Translations under genes and position numbers: made by a program
The notes under the pieces: model-generated
The model's database searches: none
Seen by the model: the letters and a program-made list of their open reading frames with translations, nothing else
What the model was told of the DNA's origin: nothing
Assembly: GCA_035765675.1 (NCBI GenBank)
Contig: DASTXC010000007.1
Coordinates: forward strand, 7,696 to 71,695
Length of the DNA stretch: 64,000 nt
Direction of reading: 5' to 3'
Source of the DNA: Verrucomicrobiia bacterium
GTDB lineage: Bacteria; Verrucomicrobiota; Verrucomicrobiia; Limisphaerales; DASXHY01
In this document: positions 22,754-32,821 of the stretch, piece after piece
Layout of the letters: each line of letters opens with the position of its first letter
Numbering within the stretch: the first letter of the stretch is position 1

Positions 22754-24374
22754 CTAGCAGCCTGTCGGACTTAGGCTGAAGATTTTTGAAAAACTTTTGA
22801 ATGCGAAGGCGGGCGCGGGTATCAACAAATTATGCCCGCACGCTTCGTCAACCTCGACCGCCAGACGCCGATGTTCCTGCCCTGCGATCTGCGCGAATGG
22901 ATTCCCGACGACCATATCGTTCACTTCATTCTAGATGCCGTCGAGCAACTGCCCCTGGCTCGCTTCCATATCAATCATCGCGGCACCGGCAGCGAACAAT
23001 ACCCTCCGGCCATGATGCTGGCCCTGCTCATTTACTGCTACGCGACCGGGCGTTTCGGTTCGCGCACCATCGAGGCGGCCACTTACAGCGACGTGGCGGT
23101 GCGTTACATCTGCGCCAACACGCATCCCGATCACGATTCGATTTGCACCTTCCGCGCCAACAATGAGGCGGCCTTCCGCGCCGCCTTTGTCAGCGTGCTG
23201 CAACTGGCCCAACAATTGAAGTTGAGCCAATTTGGAACCGTCAGCGTGGACGGCACCAAGATCCAGGCCAACGCCAGCAAACACGCGGCGGTGAGCTATC
23301 AGCGCGCCGGCGAACTGATCGCGCAACTGGAACTGGAAGTGAACCAACTGCTGGAGCGGGCCAAAGCGGCAGAGACACAGGAAAAACAGGAAGGGCTGGA
23401 CATTCCCGCCGAACTGAAACGCCGGGAGCAGCGCCAGGCCGCGCTGCAAAAAGCGCGGGCTGTCATCGAAGAGCGGGCCAAAGAAATGGCGGCGGCGCAG
23501 CAAGCGGAGTACGAAGCCAAGGCGGCGGCGCGCCAACAACAACGCGACGAGGGAAAGAAGCCGCGCGGCAAAGACCCCCAGCCGCCCGGCGCGGAACCGG
23601 ACCCCAACGCGCAATATAACTTCACCGATCCGGAGAGCCGGATCATGAAAGCGGGCAGCGGCAACCATTTCGAGCAGGCGTACAATGCGCAAGCGGCGGT
23701 GGACGAGGCGATGTTGATCGTGGGCCAGCGCGTCAGCGACGCGCCCAACGACAAAGAGCAACTGGCGCCCAGCGTGGCGGCGATCAGCCCGGTGGTGGCG
23801 CCGGAAGTCAAAGCCGTGTTGGTGGACAGCGGATTTTACAGCGAAGCGGCGGTGGCGGCGGTGGAGCAAAAAGCCGACGGGACACCCAGCGGCATCACGG
23901 TTTACGCGGCGGTGGAAAAACATTCCCATCACAAAACGGTGGAGGACTTGTTGACGGCGGTCGAGCCTGCCGCGCCGGGAGAGCAAGCCAGCGCCAAAGA
24001 GAAGATGGCGCACCGCTTAAACACGGCGTCAGGAAGAGCGCTCTACAAGTTGCGCAAGCAGACAGTGGAGCCGGTGTTTGGGATCATCAAGGAGGTGATG
24101 GGCTTTCGGAGATTTTTATTGAGGGGGCGGGCCAAAGTGAGTTTGGAATGGACGCTGGTGTGCGTGAGTTACAACCTCAAGCGGCTCTTCGCGCTCAGAA
24201 ATCCGGCTCTGGCGGGATAAAAGCGGTCGGGGCGGGGCAAAAATCGGGGTGAACGATTTGCCAAAGCCTATCCAAGCCATCGGGAGAAAACGAAAAGTCA
24301 GTTTTCGTCAGCGGTCAGGGAACATATAGAGACGCGCTCCCCAAAACCTTCTCTCAAGTCCGACAGGCTGCTAG
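22754..24374 (+). mobile_element. IS1182-family insertion sequence
   Basis: The 19-bp perfect terminal IRs are ctagcagcctgtcggactt (22754-22772) and aagtccgacaggctgctag (24356-24374). There is a single transposase ORF. Confidence 0.85.
22832..24220 (+). CDS. IS1182-family DDE transposase
   Basis: The N-terminus is FLPCDLREWIPDDHIVHFILDAVEQL. A central Lys/Glu/Ala coiled-coil insert follows. The C-terminus is KLRKQTVEPVFGIIKEVMGFRRFLLRG. Confidence 0.9.
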   Translation: MPARFVNLDRQTPMFLPCDLREWIPDDHIVHFILDAVEQLPLARFHINHRGTGSEQYPPAMMLALLIYCYATGRFGSRTIEAATYSDVAVRYICANTHPDHDSICTFRANNEAAFRAAFVSVLQLAQQLKLSQFGTVSVDGTKIQANASKHAAVSYQRAGELIAQLELEVNQLLERAKAAETQEKQEGLDIPAELKRREQRQAALQKARAVIEERAKEMAAAQQAEYEAKAAARQQQRDEGKKPRGKDPQPPGAEPDPNAQYNFTDPESRIMKAGSGNHFEQAYNAQAAVDEAMLIVGQRVSDAPNDKEQLAPSVAAISPVVAPEVKAVLVDSGFYSEAAVAAVEQKADGTPSGITVYAAVEKHSHHKTVEDLLTAVEPAAPGEQASAKEKMAHRLNTASGRALYKLRKQTVEPVFGIIKEVMGFRRFLLRGRAKVSLEWTLVCVSYNLKRLFALRNPALAG

Positions 24375-24664
24375 GAAAAAACTTTGACGGCGGATGAGAG
24401 CCGGTTGGAGATATTGTCACGCATTGCTGATGGTCGAACCGAAGGCACGGGAATAGCAAAACTTTCGGCTGCACTACCGAACCAATAAACCGCCAGCATA
24501 TTTTTGAGCCCGCTTCTCCAGGCTTTGCTCAACGCGTGAGCGCCAGTCGGGAAGTTTTGAGCTTCTTCCATTTTCTCCGTCCAGGAGTCATCTCCAGCGA
24601 AATAATGGCCCGTGATTTTGTCGCGCAACAGAATTCTCATAAAGTTGCCGCCGGTCTTGATCAC
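24375..24664 (-). pseudogene. 5' half of the ORF split by the IS1182-family element
   Basis: The stop codon of the 97-aa ORF is supplied by the IS terminal ctag. See 22345-22753. Confidence 0.55.
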
Positions 24665-25130
24665 CCGAGACCTGCCCCCTGGCGGATCCCGATCAAGAAC
24701 CTAATGCGGCAACACTGGTAATACGTGGATTTTTTGAAAATCTTTCAAAAAATCTTTCTGAAGGCATCAATTGTTGCTTTGGTTGCTTTTCACATCTTTG
24801 TATTTGATCGGGCGAACTTTTCCGGACAGCAGCCGTTTGGCGGGATAGCTGCGCCACGCTCCAGTTTCATCTCGATAGGCAAGGCAACGAAAGCCTTCGC
24901 ATTGAACATGAATTGGAACTGCCAGTGGAGGAAGAAACCCTTTAACGCCCTTTGAATGTAGCGTTTTCACAATCGGCAGCCTACGAAATCTCGCCTGATC
25001 TTACAAGAATCCATTCTCATTGAGATTTTGTCTGCGCGAAGGCCGGCTTTTAGAAGATCAAGATGAATTAATTTTCTGATTTCTTGTATCTGCTTGATGG
25101 GCAATGGAATTCTTCTGTTTACAAAGTGCT

Positions 25131-25142
25131 GGGGGGGGGGGG
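25131..25142. repeat. G12 homopolymer tract
   Basis: gtgct-gggggggggggg-tacat, about 85 nt upstream of the 25229 start codon. Confidence 0.9.
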
Positions 25143-25228
25143 TACATACTTTGGGATGCGGTTAACCCAAAATTCGTCGCCAAAGCGGATTCTTTGGCGG
25201 CGTTCATCAGAAAGGAACCTGAACCGGT

Positions 25229-25483
25229 ATGACCATCCTCTGCATTCTCTTCATTTCACCCCTATATTTTCTACAGCGAAAAAAGTGGGGCGCGTTCATC
25301 ATTAACGCTTTCATCTATCTCGCCGCCTGTATCTGTGTGATTTCGATCATCGGAATTCCATTTGCCATAATTCCATGGGCAATCGCTCTCATTCACGCCG
25401 TTTATTACTACCGGTCCGAAATGAGAACGCAAAACGCTGAACTCCTCGCCACAAAAATGGCGGAAAAGATGAAAGAACGCTGA
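25229..25483 (+). CDS. small integral membrane protein
   Basis: 84 aa with two or three hydrophobic helices. Its stop lies 1 nt before the next start. Confidence 0.55.
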   Translation: MTILCILFISPLYFLQRKKWGAFIINAFIYLAACICVISIIGIPFAIIPWAIALIHAVYYYRSEMRTQNAELLATKMAEKMKER

Positions 25484-25484
25484 C

Positions 25485-26231
25485 ATGAAAGCCACTGCAT
25501 ATCTCACCAGCATCGCCGCAGCCCTTGCATTTTCCGGCTGCGAAGCACCGCGTCAAGCTACCCCGAAAACGATGTCCATTTCAGTCAAAGTTCCGGTATT
25601 CCAGACCGCCGCTGAAACCAAAGAAGCACAGGAAAAAGGGGGTATCGAAATTGCCGTGGTTCCTGCCCTCTACAAAGCAGTCCAAAAGCAGCGAACAACG
25701 ATTGAACAGGCACAGCAGCCGGGACTTTCGCTGTTGCTGGTACCAGCCGGTGATCAAAACAGCAAAGTATATGTGGAAGAGCGCATCACGCCGTATTTTG
25801 AAACCCAGCCGCGCCGACTGCAGTTTTCCGTTCGGGTGAACAACAAACTCTCCCGCGTATTCCGCGGCCAGGGTGCAGTCGTCCAGTTCAACGTCGCTGG
25901 AAAACTCGTGCCGTTCGGCGAGGCTGATTACAAAGAGTTCTTAAATAGCATCGTGCCACCGCGCAACGAAGCTGAATTCACAATCTACGGCCCCACGCTC
26001 GATGCGCTCCCGGAGAATGGCACAATCGGCATCTTCCTCTACGACGTGGTAACGGCAACCGATGTGGCTGGAAACATCACGGAAAAGCAGAACTTCGAAT
26101 GGTATTTCACCTACACCAACCGGATCGAACAATCCACTGCGCCATGGACATTGAAACGCGGCTACATGGACGCCAATGCGTTCCAGCAGCGGAAAATTCG
26201 GGAACAGATTCAGACACAAACCCTTCATTGA
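25485..26231 (+). CDS. lipoprotein, unknown function
   Basis: The lipobox is LAFSGC, at residues 15-20. Confidence 0.65.
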   Translation: MKATAYLTSIAAALAFSGCEAPRQATPKTMSISVKVPVFQTAAETKEAQEKGGIEIAVVPALYKAVQKQRTTIEQAQQPGLSLLLVPAGDQNSKVYVEERITPYFETQPRRLQFSVRVNNKLSRVFRGQGAVVQFNVAGKLVPFGEADYKEFLNSIVPPRNEAEFTIYGPTLDALPENGTIGIFLYDVVTATDVAGNITEKQNFEWYFTYTNRIEQSTAPWTLKRGYMDANAFQQRKIREQIQTQTLH

Positions 26232-26240
26232 CAAACCCAC

Positions 26241-27140
26241 ATGAAAACCGCGTGCCGCCTCATCGCGATATGTATCATCGCTCTTTCAGCATGGATTCCA
26301 AAGGAAGCCAAAGCGCTCGACATTTCGAGCAGCGTTATTCTGGAGCGTTATACGGTTCTCGCCAACTACGCCATTCGTTATGAATCCGGCTACCTGCTAA
26401 AGAACGGTCAATTCAAGGTCATCACTTCGGACATTCTTGATCCAATCTTTTATGATTCATGGCTTGAATTCGCTGATATTTCCGGCCGACCGATCATGCT
26501 GGCCGGCCTTTTTGACGGCTACAAATTCAACGGCGTCCTGCCGCATTGGGTGCGTTCCCGTGATTCGTTTTTCATCGGTTTTGCCGAATACGTGATCGTG
26601 GCGGTGAAAGGCAAAGGTGATCCCAATCCCGTGGCAATGATCATTACGCAGCCGAGAAGCCAACGCGCTTTGGCTGGAGATTATGTCAGGCTCTTTGTCG
26701 ATGCGGCTCCGGTGTATATATCCTGTCAGTGGTATTTCAACAGTCGCCCGATTCCCGACGCCATAGATTTCATATTGGATATTGAAAATGTGAGCAAAGC
26801 CGACGCAGGGCTCTATTCCGTTGCTGTGTTCGACAATCACAAACGTGTGGTGAGCAAAAAGGCGAAGCTCACGGTCGTTGATCCGGTGTCGATCAAAACA
26901 CAACCCAAATCGCAGACAGTGAAAGCCCGGAAGAATGTCGCGTTGCGGGTGGCCGTCGCGGGAACCGGGCCGTTTAAGTATCAATGGTATTTCAAAGATC
27001 AGCCGATTGCGCGGGCGACGAAATCCTTTTACACGATCAAGAAAGCGAAATTGTCTGATTCCGGCTGGTATTCCGTGGTGGTGGACAATGGTTTGAGTTC
27101 CGCTACCAGTGACAATGCTTTTGTTACCATAACCCCCTGA
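26241..27140 (+). CDS. secreted protein with two Ig-like (I-set-type) domains
   Basis: It has a signal peptide. The repeated patterns are QWYFNSRPI..DAGLYSVAVFDN and YQWYFKDQPI..DSGWYSVVVDN. Confidence 0.7.
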   Translation: MKTACRLIAICIIALSAWIPKEAKALDISSSVILERYTVLANYAIRYESGYLLKNGQFKVITSDILDPIFYDSWLEFADISGRPIMLAGLFDGYKFNGVLPHWVRSRDSFFIGFAEYVIVAVKGKGDPNPVAMIITQPRSQRALAGDYVRLFVDAAPVYISCQWYFNSRPIPDAIDFILDIENVSKADAGLYSVAVFDNHKRVVSKKAKLTVVDPVSIKTQPKSQTVKARKNVALRVAVAGTGPFKYQWYFKDQPIARATKSFYTIKKAKLSDSGWYSVVVDNGLSSATSDNAFVTITP

Positions 27141-27147
27141 TCCCCAA

Positions 27148-27189
27148 TGCGGCCGCCGTTCTCAAAAGAGACGGCGGCCGCACTTTTTT
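27148..27189 (+). terminator. rho-independent terminator
   Basis: tgcggccgccgt-tctcaaaaga-gacggcggccgca followed by cttttttg. Confidence 0.8.
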
Positions 27190-27289
27190 GAAGATTTTTT
27201 GAAAGATTTGGAAATTTTCTCCGTATTACTTGTGATCTGTTGTTTTCAGCGTCCGCAAACCCGTCCGGTGTTCAGAAAGGAATCTATAA

Positions 27290-30200
27290 ATGAAAAAACA
27301 AAGCCTGCTGTTCCGAGTCCTCACCTGGTTCTTCATCGCATACATGGCTGCACCGCTCAATGTGGTCGTCGGCCAAGTCCTTTTGGAACAGCCGATCATG
27401 ATGCCGAACAACACGATTCGCCTGGTGGTGGACGGGCCGACTACCGATGTCCGCTATGACGTTTACGGCACGAACACGTTGAGCAGCAGCATCTCCTCCT
27501 GGCCGCTTTTGATTACCGGCGAACCCAATCAGGTCATTTTTGATTTCGCCAATCCCTTCACCAACGCCGGGTTTTTCATCGTCACTTCCAATTACGTCGC
27601 GACGACCAACCCGCCGCCCAAAGTCGCGACACCGGTTTTCGATCCGCCGAGCGCCAGCGGCAACGCTTCCGTTCAGGTGACAGTCATCTGCGACACTCCC
27701 GGAGCCGTGATCTATTACACCATCGACGGCAGCACGCCGACGACATCCAGCACCTATATTCCCTCAGGCGGAACCGTGGCGATTCAGTGTGCAACGACCT
27801 TGAAAGCGCGGGCGTTCCGCTCTGGATTCGATGACAGCGACGTAGCAAGTGGCGTCTTTGCGATCAACTGCCAGCCAGAAATATTCGCCGGGTTGCAACA
27901 GATCATTTCCGGGAATTCAACTACGCTGGAAGGCGTGGTTTTTGACGACGGCTTGAGCCAACCGCTTTCAAACTATTGGGAAAAGATCAGCGGACCGGGC
28001 ACGGTCGCATTTACTGACGTTCATTCGACGAATACAACGGCGACGTTTTCACAAGACGGCATCTATGTGCTTCAGTTGAATTCATTCGACGGCTTCTGGA
28101 CGATTTCCGATCAGGTGACGATTGCCCGTAATCCGACCATCAGTGTCGCAATCACCGCTCCCGTTGCGAGCAGCACGTATTCGGTGCCGACAAATATCGC
28201 GCTTTCAGCTTCCGCGAGTTGCACGAGCGGCAGCATCACGCAGGTTCAGTTCTTCGCGGATTCACAATTGATCGGCACGGATGACGCGGAACCTTTCACT
28301 TACGAATGGCGCAATGTCCCTGCCGGAAATCATGCCTTGTATGCCGTGGCAATTTCCACCGATCCCGATAATTACAGTCTCCTATCCGATCCGGTGAACG
28401 TCACGATTAATTATCCGACCGACATCGGCCGATTCACGCTCGCTGCGAATGATCTGACCATTCCGGTAGCCGGTATGCCGATCACGGTCAATCGGAGTTT
28501 CGATCCTCGATACGGCAGCGGCTGGAGCCTGGGCGAAAACATGCGCTTTGATTTTGAATCGGTTCACATCGACAAATCCGCTGCACTCGGCTCCGGCTAT
28601 TTGGCGCAATACAACCTGGGACAGGATTGCATTCAGCCCAATCACGATACTTTGGTTACGGTGTCGCTGAGTCCAACCGAACAATATTATTTTCGTCCGC
28701 GCATTGTGTTTCAAGCCGGTGGTGGCAGTCCATGCGTGGGTGACAGTTCGGTAACGTATCTGGCGCCCATTAAATTCGTGTTTGATGCGGTCGGGCCGCT
28801 TGGTGGTGAACTCGCCTCGTTCAATGCGCCGAGTGATGTGGGCATGATGAATGATGATGTTTTCTTTGGTGATTGGAGCGGGTCGATTCAAGCGGGAACG
28901 GAAGACTTCTTTGAAGTGGAACCTTATGAACCGGACTGGTCGCTGTTTACATTCATCGCTCCGGACGGGACGCAGTATAAATTTGATTCCAGCGGCAAAC
29001 TGTATCAACGCATCGACCGGAACAACAATTCCCTCACTTTCAATTACGGCGACATCACGCACAGCAGCGGCAAGCAGGTGACGTTCACGCGAGATGGTTT
29101 CGGCCGCATCACCGAAGTCTATGATCCCATCGCAATTGCCACGAGCGGCAATCCCGCCGTCAAATATGATTACGACGACAGCGGCAATCTGACGAACGTC
29201 GCACGCCTGGTGGATCGCGCGGGCACGTATGAAAACACGGGCTATCGTTACGATGATTCCTCCTTTCCGCACTCGATCACGCGCGTCATTGATGCGCGAG
29301 GCGTCACGACTGTGAGCAACGTGTTTGATGAATTCGGACGATTGCAGCGGCAGTATGATGCCTCCGGCCGTTATACGAGCTTCACCTACGAAGACAACGG
29401 TCGCCGTCAGATCGTGACAGATCGCAACAGCAAAACCACTCAGCAGGAATTCACCGAGTCCGGCCAATTGAAGAGCGTGAAGGACGCAGAAAACGCGGTC
29501 ACAACCTATCAATATGATTCCAATGGCAGGCCGATTGCCCAGATTGACCCGCTCGGCTCCACCAACAGCTATGCCTACAACGAACGGGATGAACTGGTCG
29601 GCATGACCAATGAACTGAATCTCACGTCCAGTTCCACCTACAATGAATTCGGCCAACCGCTCATTCTTATCGATGCCGCCGGTTACGGAACAACCAACGG
29701 ATATGATTCCGTGGGCAATCTCATCGCGACGACCAATGCGCTCGGAATTGTGAGCCGTTACGGTTACGACACTCAAGGCAACCGCACTGCGGAAACCAAT
29801 GCGTTTGGTCGAGCAGAACAAACGGTCACGACGTATCAATACAACGAGTTCGGCTACCTCACGAATGTGATCGACGCCCTGGGCAACCAGACCGCCTATA
29901 CCTACGACGAAAATGGCAATCAACTGACGACAAAGCGGCAACGGACACTTGCCACCGGTTCATTGCAGTCGTTGTGGACAACGAATGTCTATGACGCGAT
30001 GAATCGCTCGATTGCCATCATTGATCCGGACGGCTTCACGAATCGAACGGTGTTCAATGCCATCGGACAAGTGGCCTATACCACGAACAAAGCAGGCGTG
30101 GTGATGCGCTTTGATTTTGACGAACGCGGGCTTTTGACAAACTCGGTTTTCGCGCTCGGCACCGCGCAGCAAGCCAGCGAGCAATTCCGCTATGATGCCG

Positions 30201-32809
30201 AAGGCCGCAAAACAAACAGTGTGGATCGTGCGGGCTATCATACCTCCTACACCTACGACGGCCTTGGCAGATTGACCCGCACGACCTTTGCGGACGGCAC
30301 GTTCACGGAAAATCAATATGACGCAGGCGGTCGTTTGTTTGCCACGTTGCAAGGAGCGCACGGCGACGGAATGGTTCCCGGCCCGCAATCGCTCGAAACG
30401 CATTATGAATATGATGCTGCTGGACGAAGGACGGCGGTTATCAATGCGCTCAATCAGACGAACAGCTACGCCTACGATCCCAGCGGCAATCAGACGAATT
30501 TCATCGATGCCCTGGGCCGGACCAACTCCTACACCTTCGACCGCCTCAATCGGCAAACGCGCATCATCTATCCCGACAACACCAGCGAAAGCTACGGCTA
30601 CGATGCCCTGGATCGAAAAATCGCCGTGACCAATCAGGCCAATGTTGTCGCCCGATTTGGCTTCGATAAACTCGGACAACTGCTCGCGGTCACCAATGGT
30701 TTTGGTTCCGGCACGATGAATTGGGCCACCTATGCCTATGATCAGGTTGGCAACCAAACCAATCAAGTTGATGCTCTCAAACGGCAGACGCGCTTTGAAT
30801 ATGACGTGATGGGTCGGCGTGTCCGCACGATTCTTCCTGGCGATCAAAGCGAAGGTTTCGCCTACAACGCGCTCGGAAGCGTCAGCCGATACACCAACTT
30901 CAACAATGTCGTCATAACGAATCAATATGACGCGCTGAATCGGATCACGAACAAAGCCTCCATTGGTGGCTACAATATCGCCTTCACCTATACCGCAATG
31001 GGCCAGCGCTCAACGATGGCCGACCAAAGCGGCAACTACAGCTTCGTCTATAACAACCGCAATCAGCTCCTGACGCAAAGCGGCCCCGCCGGAACGCTCA
31101 CCTACACCTACGACAATTTCGGTCGCTTGGACTCGATCACCAGCAGCCATGCAGGTGGTGCCTCGATGATGTATGATTACGATTCCCTGAACCGGCTTTC
31201 AAATGTCGTCGATACGGTGATTGGAACGACAACCTACGGCTACGACGATGTGGGCAATCTCCAGACCGTTCGTTATCCGAACGCCGTAACTAACAGCTAT
31301 ACCTATGACGCGCTCAATCGGCTGACCAACCTCACCGCTCGAACCAGCAGTGGCACGCTTGCGAGCTTCGCCTACAAACTGGCCGCTGCGGGAAATCGGA
31401 CGAACCTGGTCGATAACGTGGGCGGCACCAGTCGCACGTTCAATTGGTCTTACGATCCGCTGTATCGCTTGACAAATGAAGTTGTCACCGGCGCATCGCC
31501 GACCGGCACGATCAGCTACAAATATGATGCGGTCGGCAACCGCACGAACCGGACTTCCACCGTTGCAGGCCTTTCGAATCAAAGCTCCGCCTACAACACC
31601 AACGACTGGCTTACGACCGACGTTTACGACAGCAATGGCAGCACGCGAACGAATGGCTCAAACGTCTTCTTCTACGATGTGGAAAATCATCTGACGAACG
31701 CGACGGTGGGCGGCGTTTCAGTGAGCTACACGTATAACGGCGATGGATTGCGTGTGAGCAAAACCACCGGCGGCGTGACAACGCTTTACCTCGTGGATGA
31801 CCGCAATCCGAGCGGTTACGCGCAGGTGCTGGAAGAACTGACCGTGAGCGGCGGCGTCACCAACGTTTCCAAAGTCTTCACCTACAGCCACGATCTGATC
31901 GCCCAACGCACCGTGAGCAGCGGCGTGAAGAACTTCTACGGCTACGACGGCAACGGAAACACCCGTTACCTGACGGCGAACGACAGCACGATCAGCGACA
32001 CCTACGTTTACGACGCCTTCGGTACGCTGCTTACCAGCACCGGTTCAACGGCAAACAATTACCTCTACACCGGCGAACAATATGACAGCAGTCTGGGATT
32101 GTATTATCTGCGGGCGCGGTATCTGAACACTGGAACGGGAAGGTTTTGGACACGCGACACCTTTGCGGGAAACAACAATGATCCGGCTTCGCTGCATAAA
32201 TATCTTTATTGTTCAGCAAATCCCATAAACTTGGTTGATCCGAGCGGTTTATTGGGGATTTTCAAGTTTACACAAAAGTTCGGTTTTGAAGCTCATGATA
32301 AAATCCAATCCGCTTACCAAGCTGAGAATCCAGCAGCAATTGTCGGCTCGACAACAGGAATCCTCGGACCTCTTAAGCCTGATATTTTCAATCCGGTTAA
32401 GATGACCTATGGAGAAATAAAACCTCTTTCCTTGAGCGGCGTCGCCGCAGGGATTACACAAATCGCAACCTACGAACTTGCCTTTCGAGGAAGAGGATAT
32501 ACAGCCGAAACCTGGCCCGACGGCATTCGGGGAAGCACCGTCGGACAAATTCCAATCGCCTATTTCAACGTGGCCGGAGTTATCTTCTACACGGATATGG
32601 TTGATAATACCGAAGATTTATTGGCCCTCACGACGTTTGCGGCCGCAAGGCAGTTTATTCTAAAGAATTCGGCACTGCTCGGCAGAACTCTCATCCAGAG
32701 CGCCCCGAGAATTGCAGCATTAGTAAACGCACGAGGCCAGGGAGACACGGCGAGGTTTCAAGCAGAGTTCAGCACAGCAACTTTGCTCGCCTCCCTCGGT
32801 GTATTATGA
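27290..32809 (+). CDS. giant RHS/YD-repeat polymorphic toxin (signal peptide, chitobiase-C/Ig-like N-terminal domains, RHS shell, C-terminal PD-(D/E)xK-like toxin)
   Basis: Tens of YD repeats are present (YxYDxxGNL/RLT). The core is GRFWTRDTFAGNNNDPASLHKYLYCSANPINLVDPSGL. The 185-aa tail at 32252-32806 contains H..KPD..GEIKP. Confidence 0.95.
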   Translation: MKKQSLLFRVLTWFFIAYMAAPLNVVVGQVLLEQPIMMPNNTIRLVVDGPTTDVRYDVYGTNTLSSSISSWPLLITGEPNQVIFDFANPFTNAGFFIVTSNYVATTNPPPKVATPVFDPPSASGNASVQVTVICDTPGAVIYYTIDGSTPTTSSTYIPSGGTVAIQCATTLKARAFRSGFDDSDVASGVFAINCQPEIFAGLQQIISGNSTTLEGVVFDDGLSQPLSNYWEKISGPGTVAFTDVHSTNTTATFSQDGIYVLQLNSFDGFWTISDQVTIARNPTISVAITAPVASSTYSVPTNIALSASASCTSGSITQVQFFADSQLIGTDDAEPFTYEWRNVPAGNHALYAVAISTDPDNYSLLSDPVNVTINYPTDIGRFTLAANDLTIPVAGMPITVNRSFDPRYGSGWSLGENMRFDFESVHIDKSAALGSGYLAQYNLGQDCIQPNHDTLVTVSLSPTEQYYFRPRIVFQAGGGSPCVGDSSVTYLAPIKFVFDAVGPLGGELASFNAPSDVGMMNDDVFFGDWSGSIQAGTEDFFEVEPYEPDWSLFTFIAPDGTQYKFDSSGKLYQRIDRNNNSLTFNYGDITHSSGKQVTFTRDGFGRITEVYDPIAIATSGNPAVKYDYDDSGNLTNVARLVDRAGTYENTGYRYDDSSFPHSITRVIDARGVTTVSNVFDEFGRLQRQYDASGRYTSFTYEDNGRRQIVTDRNSKTTQQEFTESGQLKSVKDAENAVTTYQYDSNGRPIAQIDPLGSTNSYAYNERDELVGMTNELNLTSSSTYNEFGQPLILIDAAGYGTTNGYDSVGNLIATTNALGIVSRYGYDTQGNRTAETNAFGRAEQTVTTYQYNEFGYLTNVIDALGNQTAYTYDENGNQLTTKRQRTLATGSLQSLWTTNVYDAMNRSIAIIDPDGFTNRTVFNAIGQVAYTTNKAGVVMRFDFDERGLLTNSVFALGTAQQASEQFRYDAEGRKTNSVDRAGYHTSYTYDGLGRLTRTTFADGTFTENQYDAGGRLFATLQGAHGDGMVPGPQSLETHYEYDAAGRRTAVINALNQTNSYAYDPSGNQTNFIDALGRTNSYTFDRLNRQTRIIYPDNTSESYGYDALDRKIAVTNQANVVARFGFDKLGQLLAVTNGFGSGTMNWATYAYDQVGNQTNQVDALKRQTRFEYDVMGRRVRTILPGDQSEGFAYNALGSVSRYTNFNNVVITNQYDALNRITNKASIGGYNIAFTYTAMGQRSTMADQSGNYSFVYNNRNQLLTQSGPAGTLTYTYDNFGRLDSITSSHAGGASMMYDYDSLNRLSNVVDTVIGTTTYGYDDVGNLQTVRYPNAVTNSYTYDALNRLTNLTARTSSGTLASFAYKLAAAGNRTNLVDNVGGTSRTFNWSYDPLYRLTNEVVTGASPTGTISYKYDAVGNRTNRTSTVAGLSNQSSAYNTNDWLTTDVYDSNGSTRTNGSNVFFYDVENHLTNATVGGVSVSYTYNGDGLRVSKTTGGVTTLYLVDDRNPSGYAQVLEELTVSGGVTNVSKVFTYSHDLIAQRTVSSGVKNFYGYDGNGNTRYLTANDSTISDTYVYDAFGTLLTSTGSTANNYLYTGEQYDSSLGLYYLRARYLNTGTGRFWTRDTFAGNNNDPASLHKYLYCSANPINLVDPSGLLGIFKFTQKFGFEAHDKIQSAYQAENPAAIVGSTTGILGPLKPDIFNPVKMTYGEIKPLSLSGVAAGITQIATYELAFRGRGYTAETWPDGIRGSTVGQIPIAYFNVAGVIFYTDMVDNTEDLLALTTFAAARQFILKNSALLGRTLIQSAPRIAALVNARGQGDTARFQAEFSTATLLASLGVL

Positions 32810-32821
32810 TATGAAGCGCAT

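Noticed and set aside
22931-24013. 360-aa ORF antisense to the IS1182 transposase. The same applies to similar long antisense or overlapping ORFs at 28382-29941, 29960-30925, 39789-40745, 44930-46120, 49792-50565, 51597-52691, 53998-55080, 58961-60562 and 11092-11754.
   Set aside because: All lie opposite or out of frame to genes with clear family motifs. They are Arg/Gly/Ala-rich low-complexity translations typical of GC-rich antisense frames, and none shows a recognisable motif.
27290-32809. T6SS-delivered RHS effector.
   Set aside because: There is no PAAR, VgrG, Hcp or other T6SS gene in the window, and the N-terminus looks like a Sec signal peptide. The delivery route is left open.
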